A stretch of DNA of 64,000 nucleotides, taken from IMG/VR virus record IMGVR_UViG_3300012006_000003, positions 96 to 64,095 of that record. One strand, written 5' to 3'. This stretch comes from a virus. Taxonomy: Duplodnaviria; Caudoviricetes. Below, one piece after another: positions 18,901-28,750 of the stretch (positions are counted from its first letter, which is position 1; each line of letters opens with the position of its first letter). The notes under the pieces are model-generated. The model made no database searches, was not told the origin of the DNA, and was given only the letters and a program-made list of their open reading frames with translations. The position numbers were made by a program, and so were the translations under genes.

Positions 18901-21900
18901 CTTTTGTATAAAGTGTGTAACTCTTTCTAATGTTTTACCATTAGTAATATAATTGTCTTCCTTATTTTTTGCAATATTTTTTTGCTGTGCAATAAGTTTT
19001 TCTTTTAATACTTTAATTGTCTCCTGGATGTCTGGTGCAAAGCTTTTTCTTTTACGTGATGTAATAAGTTTTTCAAACTTGCTAATCATTGTAGAGTATT
19101 TCTCCTTAGTTACAGGATCTGTTTCTACATTTTTTAATTGTTTTAATTGATCTGACATTGCAATAAGCTCATCTGTTTTATACTTTGTAGTACTAACATC
19201 TTCACCTTTACGTTTAAAGTTAAATTCATCACCTTCATCAGCTTTTTGTTTTTCAATTGCTTCTTCAGCTTTTGTATTATAAGCATCAATAATTTTTTTA
19301 GCTGCAGGGTTTCTTAAAATATAAGTTGCAAACATGTCGTTGATAATCTCATCATCAAACTCATCTGTTTCTACTGCTTGTGCTTCTTCTGAATTATTAA
19401 AAGCATTTTGTAATTCTTTATATAAGTCTTTAGGTAACTGATCTACTGGAGTATTTACTGAGTATAATTCTGCTTTTCCTGTTTCTTTTTTAGCGTTGAA
19501 AGCATTGATGTTTTCCTCTTTAAGCTTGTTATATTTTTCTTCAATAATTTTAACTTGCTCAGAATCAGCTTTTTGTTCAAGTTTATATATTGTATACTCA
19601 GAGAATTTAGATGTAATATCCTTGATAGAGATTAACTCACCATCTGCATTATCACTTCTTAATCCATCTTCAGAACTGTATAGAGTAAATACATTACCTG
19701 TTTTAGCATCTGTGATATCTACATACTCTTTCATGTTAATCACAACTGCAATGTCTTTAATTGTTAAGCCATCTTTTTTTACAGTTTTAATAACAGTCTT
19801 TACTTCAGTTTTTTCTAACGCATCAAGTTCTTTTTTCTCACTGTTTTCTAAACCTTCAATAGTATCTTGTAGTTTTTCATCAAGTGTCTCTGTACTTACA
19901 TTTTCTCCTTTTAAAGCTTTTGCTTGAGATAACATGAAAAACAATTGCTTGTATTTTTTACTTCCAATTGGAATTACTTGTTTATTTGTCTCATCTAGAA
20001 ATTCTTTTGGTGGTATACCATTTTCCATAAACTCTTGAAATTGATCAAGATCTATGAATATATTCATGTCAGCAAGCTTATTCAATAACTCATTGCTTTC
20101 TAGTGCAGCCATTTGCTTATTAACCATATCTACAAAATAGTCTTTTCTATTATTGTACATATTAGTCATCCAAGCTTGTGTCTTACTTACATGATTCATG
20201 AAAGATTGTGGATCATGTAATAAGTTAATTGATTCTACTAATCTTTTAGATTCAGCAAATAACTTGTAATAATCTTTTACTTTTACAAAGCTCTCATCAA
20301 TATCAGTATCAAATACATAAGACGGATCAATACCATTAGTATTCTTTAAATAGTTTTTATAAGCTATTTCAAATTTTGAATTTAATTGTTGCTCACCTCT
20401 ACTTGAATCAATGATATGTGATATTTCTTCATCACTTAACTCAACACCATATGTCTCTTTAAACATATCTTGAGTTTGATTAAGTATTTCTATTTTTTCT
20501 TCATCAGTTAACTCCTCAAGGTTTTGTTCTTTTTTAACAGCTTCAAATATAGCTTCAGCTGTTTTAACTTTTACAGGTCTTGTTTGAAACTGTTCATGTG
20601 CATCAGCAAACTCTGATAAAGCTTTTAACTTATTTTCTTTTTTAACTAAGTCTGATTTACTTGCTGGATCTGTAGATTGTTTTAAGGTATCTATCTCAGA
20701 CTTAAGTAAATTTAATTCAACATCAATAGTTGATGGGTTCAATATAAAGTTCATGTCTTGTTGAGACATGTTTTTCATTGTAGGATTATTTAATACGCTA
20801 CCAGAGATTTTTAACATTCTCTCTGAAGTATTCCTAAATGCATGATTAGCATAAACATAATCTCTTATACCTACTTTCCAGGCTTTATTCAAAAGAGCTG
20901 CACTTTCAAATTCAGGAGTATTTTCATCATACTTACTTAAGTCAACAGGATTAGGGAATCTTTCTTTAGCATAGTTATAAGATTTTTCTACTGAATCTAT
21001 GTTACCTAAAATAGTATCAATTTTTTGTTGTTCTTTAGCACCAGTACCTTTTTCAAATCCAAGGGCTTCTTCAAACTCTTCTGGAGATAATTCTTTGAAA
21101 GAAGTAATATGTTCTTTAAAATAGTTTAAAGTATTTGTATCTAAAGCTGTATGTATCTGTGATGCAAATGCTTCACTCAACTCATCTTTAGCTTCTTTAG
21201 TATCTGCATTATCAATGTTACTAATTATATTATTCTGTACACCATAGTTAAATATACGGGAGTTGAAGAACTCTTCAGGATTTTTATATAAAGCTGTTAA
21301 CTGATCAGAAACATCTTTACCATGTTTAGCTCTCAAGTCTTTATACTCTTGATACTTTTCTTTATTAAATGTATTATTGTATCCGTAATCAAGACCACCT
21401 TTAACTAAGTTTAATCCACCAGAAAATAATCCCATCAATGCACCAGAAGCAAATGTCTCCAATCCTTGTGAAGAAAACTGATCTTTTAATCCTTCATACC
21501 TTAATGAGCTTAAACTTTTATTGTATAAATGAGCTCCTAACTCTTTATTCATGTAAGCAGTCTCATAATATTTCTCATTAGCAATAGAGATTACATCTTG
21601 TAAGTTTTCTTGTACACCCTCCATTAAGTTAGCTTTCAAATATCTACCGGCTACTTTAGCAGTTACACTTACTGGTGCTTTTTTAAAACCTTTTAATGAA
21701 TTTTTAAATGAGTCTTCAACAAATTTGAATTCCCCTTTAGCAAGTTTTTTACCTACCTCAGCTGTCTTTTCAAGTACAATTTTACCACCTTTAAATGAAT
21801 ATACATCATCTATTCTAGACTGCATTGCTTTTTTAGATACACCTGATTTTAATAAATTTGGTATAACAATTTTATTTGTTAGAAGAATTAAACCTGTATT

Positions 21901-23136
21901 CCACTTTAAAGTGTTCATACCTGCATCCTTTGCTGTTTTAGTTAAAGTATATTGTTCATCATTATTTGGAGCTCTACCATTCTTTTTATAGAACTCATTA
22001 TATAAATCATCATATACTTTATTATCATTCATACCACCTTCAAGTCTAGCTTCAGAAAGGGCCATGTTGATATTCTTTATATCTCTAAATAATCCACCGG
22101 CAGTTTTATTAGTACCTTGAGCTAATCTTGCTAATCCTGTTAAGTTATCAGAGTTTTTTCCAATACCAATTATAGCATCATATGTATTTTCAAGTGGGTT
22201 TAAAAATTTACCTACTTTACTTTTACCAATGTTTTCAGCTGCATTCCACATCTTTCTAGCTCCACCAATTGAATTAGCTTCTTTAAGTGTAGTATTAATA
22301 GCTTTGTAACCATCTGTGGCTAAACCAATTGCATCTCCAATTTTACCAATTTTTCTAGCATTGTTTGCAGTAGCTGCAAAGAAAGATCCACCACCAGTTA
22401 CTGGAGCAAGTAAAGCACCAGCTGCTTCTTCTAGAATAGCTTCACTTATAATACCTGCAGTATAAGCAAAACTCATTGCTGTATTATTAAAGAATGCACC
22501 CATTCCTTTTTTAGATGATTGACCAATAGCTGCTGCATTTTCATATGCTCTTGCATCTTCAAGATCTGCACTGAAATCACCTTGCATCATTTTAATTAAA
22601 CTCTTTGGACCTGCAACAAAACCTCTACCAAGTAATGGCATGAATGAATTCTTCATCATTCTTGTAAAGTCATCACCCATAGTAGTATTAGCATTGAACA
22701 TAGCTTCATTATCTCTTATTGGAGAAAAACCTATAGCATCAAACTTTTCTTGACCATATGCTGCATATCTTTTATAAAATGAATTACCTGAAGGTCCTGC
22801 ATTATAGGCATTTACTTGAGCATATTGATTCTTATCATGATTTGTTGCAATACGCATTTGAAAACTTTTACCAATTGCTTCTTTCAAATCAGTTGGTGAA
22901 ATCTTTTTGTTTGGATTCTGAGAAGCCGGTCTTCCAGGTGCATGTCCTGTGATACCATCCTGTATAACATAGTTAGGATTTGTGCTATTTAATGGAGGTG
23001 TGACTGGAAAATAATCAATTTTATTATCTTTTAAATCATCACCTTCAAAAGCAGACATGCTTTTACTATTAATTGCAGGACCACTTACTTTACCAAATTC
23101 TATTCCTAATGGGTTTAATGAGCTGTTGTTTTCCAT
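15913..23136 (-). CDS. Large ejected/cargo protein with Gly/Ala-rich N-terminal region, PD-(D/E)XK nuclease domain and further C-terminal domains
   Basis: 2407 aa; AGEIDLLLID...IVDFKTG...YTLQQYTY PD-(D/E)XK motif (~18200-18390); N-terminal hydrophobic Gly/Ala segments; lies directly upstream of the vRNAP. Confidence 0.7.
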   Translation of the reverse strand: MENNSSLNPLGIEFGKVSGPAINSKSMSAFEGDDLKDNKIDYFPVTPPLNSTNPNYVIQDGITGHAPGRPASQNPNKKISPTDLKEAIGKSFQMRIATNHDKNQYAQVNAYNAGPSGNSFYKRYAAYGQEKFDAIGFSPIRDNEAMFNANTTMGDDFTRMMKNSFMPLLGRGFVAGPKSLIKMMQGDFSADLEDARAYENAAAIGQSSKKGMGAFFNNTAMSFAYTAGIISEAILEEAAGALLAPVTGGGSFFAATANNARKIGKIGDAIGLATDGYKAINTTLKEANSIGGARKMWNAAENIGKSKVGKFLNPLENTYDAIIGIGKNSDNLTGLARLAQGTNKTAGGLFRDIKNINMALSEARLEGGMNDNKVYDDLYNEFYKKNGRAPNNDEQYTLTKTAKDAGMNTLKWNTGLILLTNKIVIPNLLKSGVSKKAMQSRIDDVYSFKGGKIVLEKTAEVGKKLAKGEFKFVEDSFKNSLKGFKKAPVSVTAKVAGRYLKANLMEGVQENLQDVISIANEKYYETAYMNKELGAHLYNKSLSSLRYEGLKDQFSSQGLETFASGALMGLFSGGLNLVKGGLDYGYNNTFNKEKYQEYKDLRAKHGKDVSDQLTALYKNPEEFFNSRIFNYGVQNNIISNIDNADTKEAKDELSEAFASQIHTALDTNTLNYFKEHITSFKELSPEEFEEALGFEKGTGAKEQQKIDTILGNIDSVEKSYNYAKERFPNPVDLSKYDENTPEFESAALLNKAWKVGIRDYVYANHAFRNTSERMLKISGSVLNNPTMKNMSQQDMNFILNPSTIDVELNLLKSEIDTLKQSTDPASKSDLVKKENKLKALSEFADAHEQFQTRPVKVKTAEAIFEAVKKEQNLEELTDEEKIEILNQTQDMFKETYGVELSDEEISHIIDSSRGEQQLNSKFEIAYKNYLKNTNGIDPSYVFDTDIDESFVKVKDYYKLFAESKRLVESINLLHDPQSFMNHVSKTQAWMTNMYNNRKDYFVDMVNKQMAALESNELLNKLADMNIFIDLDQFQEFMENGIPPKEFLDETNKQVIPIGSKKYKQLFFMLSQAKALKGENVSTETLDEKLQDTIEGLENSEKKELDALEKTEVKTVIKTVKKDGLTIKDIAVVINMKEYVDITDAKTGNVFTLYSSEDGLRSDNADGELISIKDITSKFSEYTIYKLEQKADSEQVKIIEEKYNKLKEENINAFNAKKETGKAELYSVNTPVDQLPKDLYKELQNAFNNSEEAQAVETDEFDDEIINDMFATYILRNPAAKKIIDAYNTKAEEAIEKQKADEGDEFNFKRKGEDVSTTKYKTDELIAMSDQLKQLKNVETDPVTKEKYSTMISKFEKLITSRKRKSFAPDIQETIKVLKEKLIAQQKNIAKNKEDNYITNGKTLERVTHFIQKFKEDKYTYKGNKLIAEAFAKTIDTEGLTTNSINKFMAEIDTTLPALSNSGYTKDTIDGIKSTSTLVKKYLKDLLKEEATTPIKSKKDLLVDIQSFISENAYEYTRTAGTYLDKQLRSFFTPGQTPKFDEARISREAYDELFGPDSFIKPLKAKIDSGELFVLADNIKVFDEESGVAGEIDLLLIDQTGKLQIVDFKTGEQKKWNGFQKDTRTESGLNKIEDYTLQQYTYARLLKKMTGLDAEINIMPLEITINQKEYKIASVKQPSNQKLLGLDKWYFPLNPEFRDAKSKIDAVIKISDTLGIKVATAMNPKLITEFERLGYPEDVIKTLSKEDQKNIITDDIPYIKYQEQLDNDLNALAFADEIAEAKGKQVKKVKEVSLADKEALRDQVRALPDDMIYGLHVTGDDVAKNIYDTQFKYNLGTALQGTVGVGSKESLYNALLKLQKGESPHRGQLGMFILAFPKSEFGESTLEKKVSLDTIEDQMLETYPEMTVGKIPTKFNYGYFSNGKLYTKNDALSKKSPTVNSISNGDNIIDTVKTKPVTNQIKDAKEFFITADKDPVGRIYINMAPLKDILVVPDNTLTVIDKKTNKEIVNTQLNPEGAVVFEAMQGRLFVVAKINGQLVPFYKSSAGTSDKIQGDWYPFFGYTGAWLVKGNVDKATGKMPYSPEIDKVAELLNKNFVFPDMYINRATNLIKDQSGKVVYDFNNHFKINRLWKKEFQSQTGTKLDYKIKGLKENTRTESGLMALITSLNTTELDSSGTDKEFDEWLDLINKNIKNGAVQPTSTTVNKKNVVEKQVGPRITIEEVKNKLESINEGPVLEEYLVNLREGLVNNQITIEDRPAIVDLVNAKKEEFKLANTKLSKTILHKGDTVIVKEPIPGEKDKLFADKGSKITVIKSTETGVEFQYGKDKKTLPLSKLDKHVTTLSIQQAKDAQLGEQKIDEMDKEVIAESIKKAQDFIDKKGALGKAETEASEKSLDTIYEDLLNDLDC

Positions 23137-26084
23137 TATTTTATACTTCTAAAGTTTTCATTATTCATATCTTGTACTTGAGACCAGTAGTTGAATGCAT
23201 CAGTTCTACTTCTTTCTAACTCTTGACCTGAAACAATTCCATTACCAGGTGCTGAAGCTTGCTCATATCTTTTAGTTTCTGGATTATAAAATTTATAACC
23301 AAAGTTATATTTATAACCACCCATAATATCATCTTTTTCAAAAGTGATGTTATTCATGTTATCACCATCATTAGGATCTGATATAGTTACTTTTTTATTA
23401 TAGTTAATATCAGCTTGCAATGGTGTTACATAAGTTGATTGGAATAAGTTATTTGTCCAATTTTTATTATCTGATACTAATGATATACCATTTTGTAAAA
23501 TGTAATCTGCTTGTTGTTGAGATATAAGTCCTGCAGATTTAACACCACTTTCTGTTTTAGTATAAGTTTGTTTCTTTAACCATTCAGCGTCAGGATAAAT
23601 AATCATTGCCCCTTTATTTGTTTTATTTTGAGCTAATGGTTGTGCAGCTAATCTGAATCCTTTAAATGTACTATTGTATTTTGCTGTTTCATTAAACATT
23701 GCATCTAATAATTGTTTACCTTCTTTGTTTCTATTAACTCCGGAAGTAACAGGACCCAAGAATCTTACATCAACATCTTTATCAAAATCAAGACTTTTAA
23801 TATCTTTTTTAAATTCATTCCAGTTAGCAGCTCCAACTGAGTTATAAGCATTAGGGTATACAGTAATACCTTGTTGACCGATAGTAGTTAAACCAGCTCC
23901 TTTCAAATCTGTAAGAGCAGATATACCTGGAGGCGGTGTTAATTTAATATCTGTAGATTGGTATGCGTCATGAATAGCTTTTTTAAGTTCATTATATGGT
24001 GTTTCAGGTTTATTAGGTTTTACTTTACTATCTTTTATTTTAGTACCTGTTACTGGTGATACAGTAAACATTTCATTACTAATATTAGCCCATCTTTGTT
24101 TTTCTGCTTCTACTTTTGGATTTGAGTGAGGAGGTGTAATACCTGAACGCTTAATAAACTCTGCTTCAGAAACTTGATTACCATTCTCATCAAACATGAA
24201 CTTAACATAGTTTTTCATGTCTTTATCAAGAGTTCTTTCAAGATGATTCTTAACATCTTGTATTGTACCTTTTTTCCAGTTTTGTAAATTAGTAGTATAA
24301 GTGTAGTAATCATTTAAACCAGTATTATACTGATTCATATTTTTACCAACTTCATCAAATTCTTTAACTCCTTTATTATAATTTTGAGCAATAACCTTTT
24401 GAAAACCTGATGTTATTTTTTTTAGTTTAGTAGTACCTAATTCACCTTTTATAAACTTATGTGGATCATTTTTTAACTGTTGATTAAATTTCTCAATAGT
24501 CATATTTTTATCACCAAAGATTGTTTGCATATCATCAGCAGATAACTTACCTTTTAGAGACTCAAGTGATGATAACATATTAGTTAAATATGGTGTTACA
24601 CCTTTATCAATAAATCTATTAGAGTATGTAGCAGAAGCATCTTTTAAGTTTATAACATCAGTACTTGCTCCTTTTGTTTTTTGTTCAACAGTATATTGAT
24701 CTGCATCTTCACTAATAATAGCTCTACCATAAGTTGCACTAGCAGGATTCTGATCATAATGATATGCACCAGATTCAACTAAGTGTTTATCCATGTTTGC
24801 AAGACTTGCAGTTTTTGCTGCACGTTCTCTACTAGCATTAGCAGAAGCAACTTCTTGCATTCTGTATTTATGAGCCTCTGCCTGTACAGCATAAGGATTG
24901 GCTGTGATATCTTGTTTAGAATCTTTAAATGCAAATACTTGAGCAGCTTCACCTAAATCTTTTTGCATCAATCTTGAAGCCATTGCATTATCAACTTTGT
25001 ATCTTAAAGATTCAATGTCTCCATATGGATTCTCAAAACCAGTTGTAGTTGAAGGTGTTCCTGATTTTTCAGAAAGAGATTCAACATGACCATCTGTAGT
25101 TGCTAAAAGAGTTGAGTTTACTTGCTTTGCTTCATTTAATCTTTCTAGATAAGATGCTGTTTCAGGTGTAGCTGTGTTATTTGCTACAGCTTTTTCAGCT
25201 TCAGCAGTTTTAGTATTATATACCTTATCATTTTTTTGTAACTTAACTTGTCTAGCTTCATTCTCAGCTTTAAGCATTTTATAACTTTCAGAAAGATAAC
25301 TCATTTCAGCAGCATTTTTATCTCCAGCAAATTGAGCTGCATTAGAATATGCATAATCTTTTCTATTTACATAAGCTTGAGTTTTATATACATCAATTAC
25401 AGCAGGATCAGAACCTAGTGTAGCTTCAAACAAATGAGATAACTTAGGTATTAACACCTCTCCATTTGTTTTTTTAATAATCCATTTACCATCAGGACTA
25501 AACTCTGGTGGTGCTTCAACAGTTAAACCAGCATCTTTAGCAATCTTCTGTGCTTTCTCCATTACATTTACATAAGGAGTATAGTTTGCATTTCCAATTG
25601 ACATTGTCTCCTCAAGAGAAGCGTTTTTAAACTCTTCAGTTTTATATTCAAGTGCTTTTAAACCAGCTTCCCAATATTGTGCTCTTTGTTTTTCATCTCT
25701 GTTATTTTTTAATCCAGCTGCATATGACTTTTGACTATTTATATTTTTAGTCCAAGCCATGTCTTTCATAAGATGCTTATCTTCATAGAAAGGTTTAAAT
25801 ACTTGTTGAGCTTGAGTAACATTTTGTTCAAGAGATAAGTCTAAACCAGAGACACGCTTAAGATTAAAATCAATTGATTTAATTAATTCATCTTTTTTCT
25901 TAAGATTATCACCGTGAGTTAAATCTGCATAAAAATATTGACCATAAACATTGTTTAATGCTTTATAGTTTGTATCATACTGATTTTGCTTAGTCTGCAA
26001 TGCGTTTGCATAAAAGTTTAAATCAGGTTGAAATGGTTGAAACTGAGGTATATAATCGGTAACGCCTGAAATATATGTAGCCAT
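23136..26084 (-). CDS. Internal virion (cargo) protein
   Basis: 982 aa; N-terminal PFQPDLNFYANALQTKQNQYD coiled-coil-like start; located in the cargo block. Confidence 0.55.
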   Translation of the reverse strand: MATYISGVTDYIPQFQPFQPDLNFYANALQTKQNQYDTNYKALNNVYGQYFYADLTHGDNLKKKDELIKSIDFNLKRVSGLDLSLEQNVTQAQQVFKPFYEDKHLMKDMAWTKNINSQKSYAAGLKNNRDEKQRAQYWEAGLKALEYKTEEFKNASLEETMSIGNANYTPYVNVMEKAQKIAKDAGLTVEAPPEFSPDGKWIIKKTNGEVLIPKLSHLFEATLGSDPAVIDVYKTQAYVNRKDYAYSNAAQFAGDKNAAEMSYLSESYKMLKAENEARQVKLQKNDKVYNTKTAEAEKAVANNTATPETASYLERLNEAKQVNSTLLATTDGHVESLSEKSGTPSTTTGFENPYGDIESLRYKVDNAMASRLMQKDLGEAAQVFAFKDSKQDITANPYAVQAEAHKYRMQEVASANASRERAAKTASLANMDKHLVESGAYHYDQNPASATYGRAIISEDADQYTVEQKTKGASTDVINLKDASATYSNRFIDKGVTPYLTNMLSSLESLKGKLSADDMQTIFGDKNMTIEKFNQQLKNDPHKFIKGELGTTKLKKITSGFQKVIAQNYNKGVKEFDEVGKNMNQYNTGLNDYYTYTTNLQNWKKGTIQDVKNHLERTLDKDMKNYVKFMFDENGNQVSEAEFIKRSGITPPHSNPKVEAEKQRWANISNEMFTVSPVTGTKIKDSKVKPNKPETPYNELKKAIHDAYQSTDIKLTPPPGISALTDLKGAGLTTIGQQGITVYPNAYNSVGAANWNEFKKDIKSLDFDKDVDVRFLGPVTSGVNRNKEGKQLLDAMFNETAKYNSTFKGFRLAAQPLAQNKTNKGAMIIYPDAEWLKKQTYTKTESGVKSAGLISQQQADYILQNGISLVSDNKNWTNNLFQSTYVTPLQADINYNKKVTISDPNDGDNMNNITFEKDDIMGGYKYNFGYKFYNPETKRYEQASAPGNGIVSGQELERSRTDAFNYWSQVQDMNNENFRSIK

Positions 26085-26107
26085 AATATTAATGTTTGTC
26101 TATACTG

Positions 26108-26115
26108 TAAATATA
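26108..26115 (-). promoter_or_regulatory. Candidate promoter motif (TATATTTA)
   Basis: In the 65-nt gap upstream of the cargo/vRNAP block. Confidence 0.4.
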
Positions 26116-26149
26116 TTAAAATTTTATAAGTTTACTAAACCTGGAAAGT

Positions 26150-28741
26150 TTAGGTAAACATAAATGGGAATACATTAGAACCCATTACATAACCCATTTG
26201 AGTTGTCCCACCTTTTTTACCATATAGTTTCCCTATCATATCTGGATCAACTGCATCACCATTACCACTACTATTATATCTTTTAATACGATCTTTTAAT
26301 AATATTTGTTGTGACTCAGGATCTAACTTAGAATTTTGTAGTTGCATTGCATACTCATCTAAACTCATTTCATCAGTAGGTTTATAATTTTTACCTTTAG
26401 TAAAACGCATTCTACCACCGCTTCTTGGATCTACTGCATATTGAGGATACATCTGATTCATTGCATCAGTTTTCATCATATTAGTTGTCAATGTATTTTC
26501 TGCATCAGCAAGATTATGTCTAAGAGCACTTTTAGTATTTTTATACTGTTGATTAGCAACTGTATTTTGATCATACAGTTGTTTATTCTGTGCTTGATTA
26601 AATTTTTGTGCCTCATTCATTACTTGTGCATTATTACCTGCAAACTGATTAGCAACACCAACATTCATATTATTATATCTACCAAGTGTATCAGCTGCTT
26701 GTTTAGCAGCTTGACCTTGTGTTGATGCAGATCTTGCAGAAGCTGCTTGTGGTCCTGTAAATTGAGCAAGGGCAGTATTAGCAATATTTGCTTGTTCAGA
26801 TTGAGCTGCTAATTCTCTTGTAGGATCATAAAAAGTAGGAGACATTAATTGTGGTTCATATCTTGCTGCCCATGGTAAAGTTTTATCAACATTAAAATAA
26901 TCACCTGCTGCAAGAGCTAAATTTAATTTATCTTGTTTCCATGCTTCTGGTTCACCTGCATATGCTGCTTCAGGAGTTTCATCTTGAGTTGCAATAGCAT
27001 CTGCTTCAGTAGTATCTTCAACAGGTTGTGCTTCATTTTCATATTGAAACTCTGGTTTACCACCTACTGCATCAAAATGCTCAAATCCTGCTAATTGTTC
27101 ATCTCCAATTGCTGGTCTATAGTCACCTTCACCTAATGAATTTTCAATACCTTTTGTAACATCAGCGTAATTCTTTTTATAGAAATCTTCTGATAATAAT
27201 GCTTTATCATCTTCTGGTACATCTTTGATTCCTAGAGTACCTGCAAATTGTCTTCTAGCTTGTGCTTTTAATTTAGGATCTTTTTGTATACGGTCTGTTT
27301 CATCAAATGCTTCATCATCTGTCATACCTAAACCTTTAGCTTGCTCATATATGAATCTTTGCTCATATAAGTCAGGAGTAAATCCTGCAACAAATGAACC
27401 AGAACCTTTAAGTTTACCATTGTTTAATTTAGAATAAGGACCTGTTGCACCTTGACTAACAACTTTATATTTATCAGTACCAAATACACCTTTAGCATTA
27501 GTAGCATTAAGAGCTCTTGATAATGTTACTCTATCTCTAAAGTTACCATCCCACTTACCTGTAATTTTTACATTACCATTTTTATCTGTAGTAATACCTC
27601 CAGCTTTTATTCCTTTTGCAATAATAGCATTAGCATCCTCAATAAGTTGAGCATTTTCAGGAGACTGTTTTTTAAATTCTTCTACTGATATACCTAAAGA
27701 CTTTGTATCTGCAGTAGGAGTTTTACCAAGTGTTGCTACTGTTACTTTCTTGTATGTTCCATCTTCTTGTTTAACATAGTCACCGGCTCTAGTATCAGTA
27801 GTAATTCTTTCTCTTACAACGGCATCTTTAGGTAAGTTATCTTTAGTGTAAACTTTTGATTTTACTTCACCTTTACTTTGGTATCTATCTAATGAACCAC
27901 CATTTCTGTATAATTGTTGAGCAGGACGACTATAATCACCTGTCATTATACCGTATTGAGCCATAGGAGGTACTTCCATCATCTCTTCTTGAGGATTCTG
28001 CATACCAGGTCCTTGCTCCATCATTTCTTCTTCAGGAGATTGTTGACCCATACCTTGATTCTCATATGGATTTTGCATAGCTTGATTATTCATCTGAGCT
28101 TCTGCTTGAGGTTTCTGTGGTATTAAGTCTTCTTCTCTAATACCCATTTGCTCCATATATGGTTGAGCTACTTCAGGTATACCTTGTGGGAAACCTTTTT
28201 TAGCTTCTTGTGCTAATGCTAATGCACCAAGTTTAAGATTAATATTCTTAATCATTAACTCAGCAGTTTTTTTATCTACTTTATCTGAGTTAGGATCTTC
28301 TAATATCTTTCTATACTTATTGATATCATATGGCTTTGCTAATTCAGCAGGAGTATATCCTTTTTTACCACATGCTTTTCCAAACATTTTTAGAATATTA
28401 CAATCAGTAATTTTCATAGATGCCGTATCACTAAAAATAAATGTACCATCAGGTAAATTTAAAGGTGTTCCTCCTGAATGATGTCTTTTACCACCAATAA
28501 GCATATGTTCAGTGAAACCGTCACCATTGATATCACCAAATGCAGATTCGCCTTTTTCAGCTTCTAGATTAGCTTCATCTCTTGGTACTTGTTTCAAGTA
28601 TCTTGTATTCTCAAGATGTCTTGATGCAGCATTCATATCAGCTCCACCAAAACTAATTACTTGTTTATTTAAATTGTTACCTGTAAAACCTCCCGATTTT
28701 GCTTGTGGTAATCTCTTAGTTATTTTTACTTTAAAGTGCAT
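26150..28741 (-). CDS. Internal virion (cargo) protein
   Basis: 863 aa; EAEKGE...GGKRHHSGG...FIFSD N-terminal domain, Q/A/N-rich C-terminal helix, several xxxGG motifs. Confidence 0.55.
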   Translation of the reverse strand: MHFKVKITKRLPQAKSGGFTGNNLNKQVISFGGADMNAASRHLENTRYLKQVPRDEANLEAEKGESAFGDINGDGFTEHMLIGGKRHHSGGTPLNLPDGTFIFSDTASMKITDCNILKMFGKACGKKGYTPAELAKPYDINKYRKILEDPNSDKVDKKTAELMIKNINLKLGALALAQEAKKGFPQGIPEVAQPYMEQMGIREEDLIPQKPQAEAQMNNQAMQNPYENQGMGQQSPEEEMMEQGPGMQNPQEEMMEVPPMAQYGIMTGDYSRPAQQLYRNGGSLDRYQSKGEVKSKVYTKDNLPKDAVVRERITTDTRAGDYVKQEDGTYKKVTVATLGKTPTADTKSLGISVEEFKKQSPENAQLIEDANAIIAKGIKAGGITTDKNGNVKITGKWDGNFRDRVTLSRALNATNAKGVFGTDKYKVVSQGATGPYSKLNNGKLKGSGSFVAGFTPDLYEQRFIYEQAKGLGMTDDEAFDETDRIQKDPKLKAQARRQFAGTLGIKDVPEDDKALLSEDFYKKNYADVTKGIENSLGEGDYRPAIGDEQLAGFEHFDAVGGKPEFQYENEAQPVEDTTEADAIATQDETPEAAYAGEPEAWKQDKLNLALAAGDYFNVDKTLPWAARYEPQLMSPTFYDPTRELAAQSEQANIANTALAQFTGPQAASARSASTQGQAAKQAADTLGRYNNMNVGVANQFAGNNAQVMNEAQKFNQAQNKQLYDQNTVANQQYKNTKSALRHNLADAENTLTTNMMKTDAMNQMYPQYAVDPRSGGRMRFTKGKNYKPTDEMSLDEYAMQLQNSKLDPESQQILLKDRIKRYNSSGNGDAVDPDMIGKLYGKKGGTTQMGYVMGSNVFPFMFT

Positions 28742-28750
28742 AATACAAAA

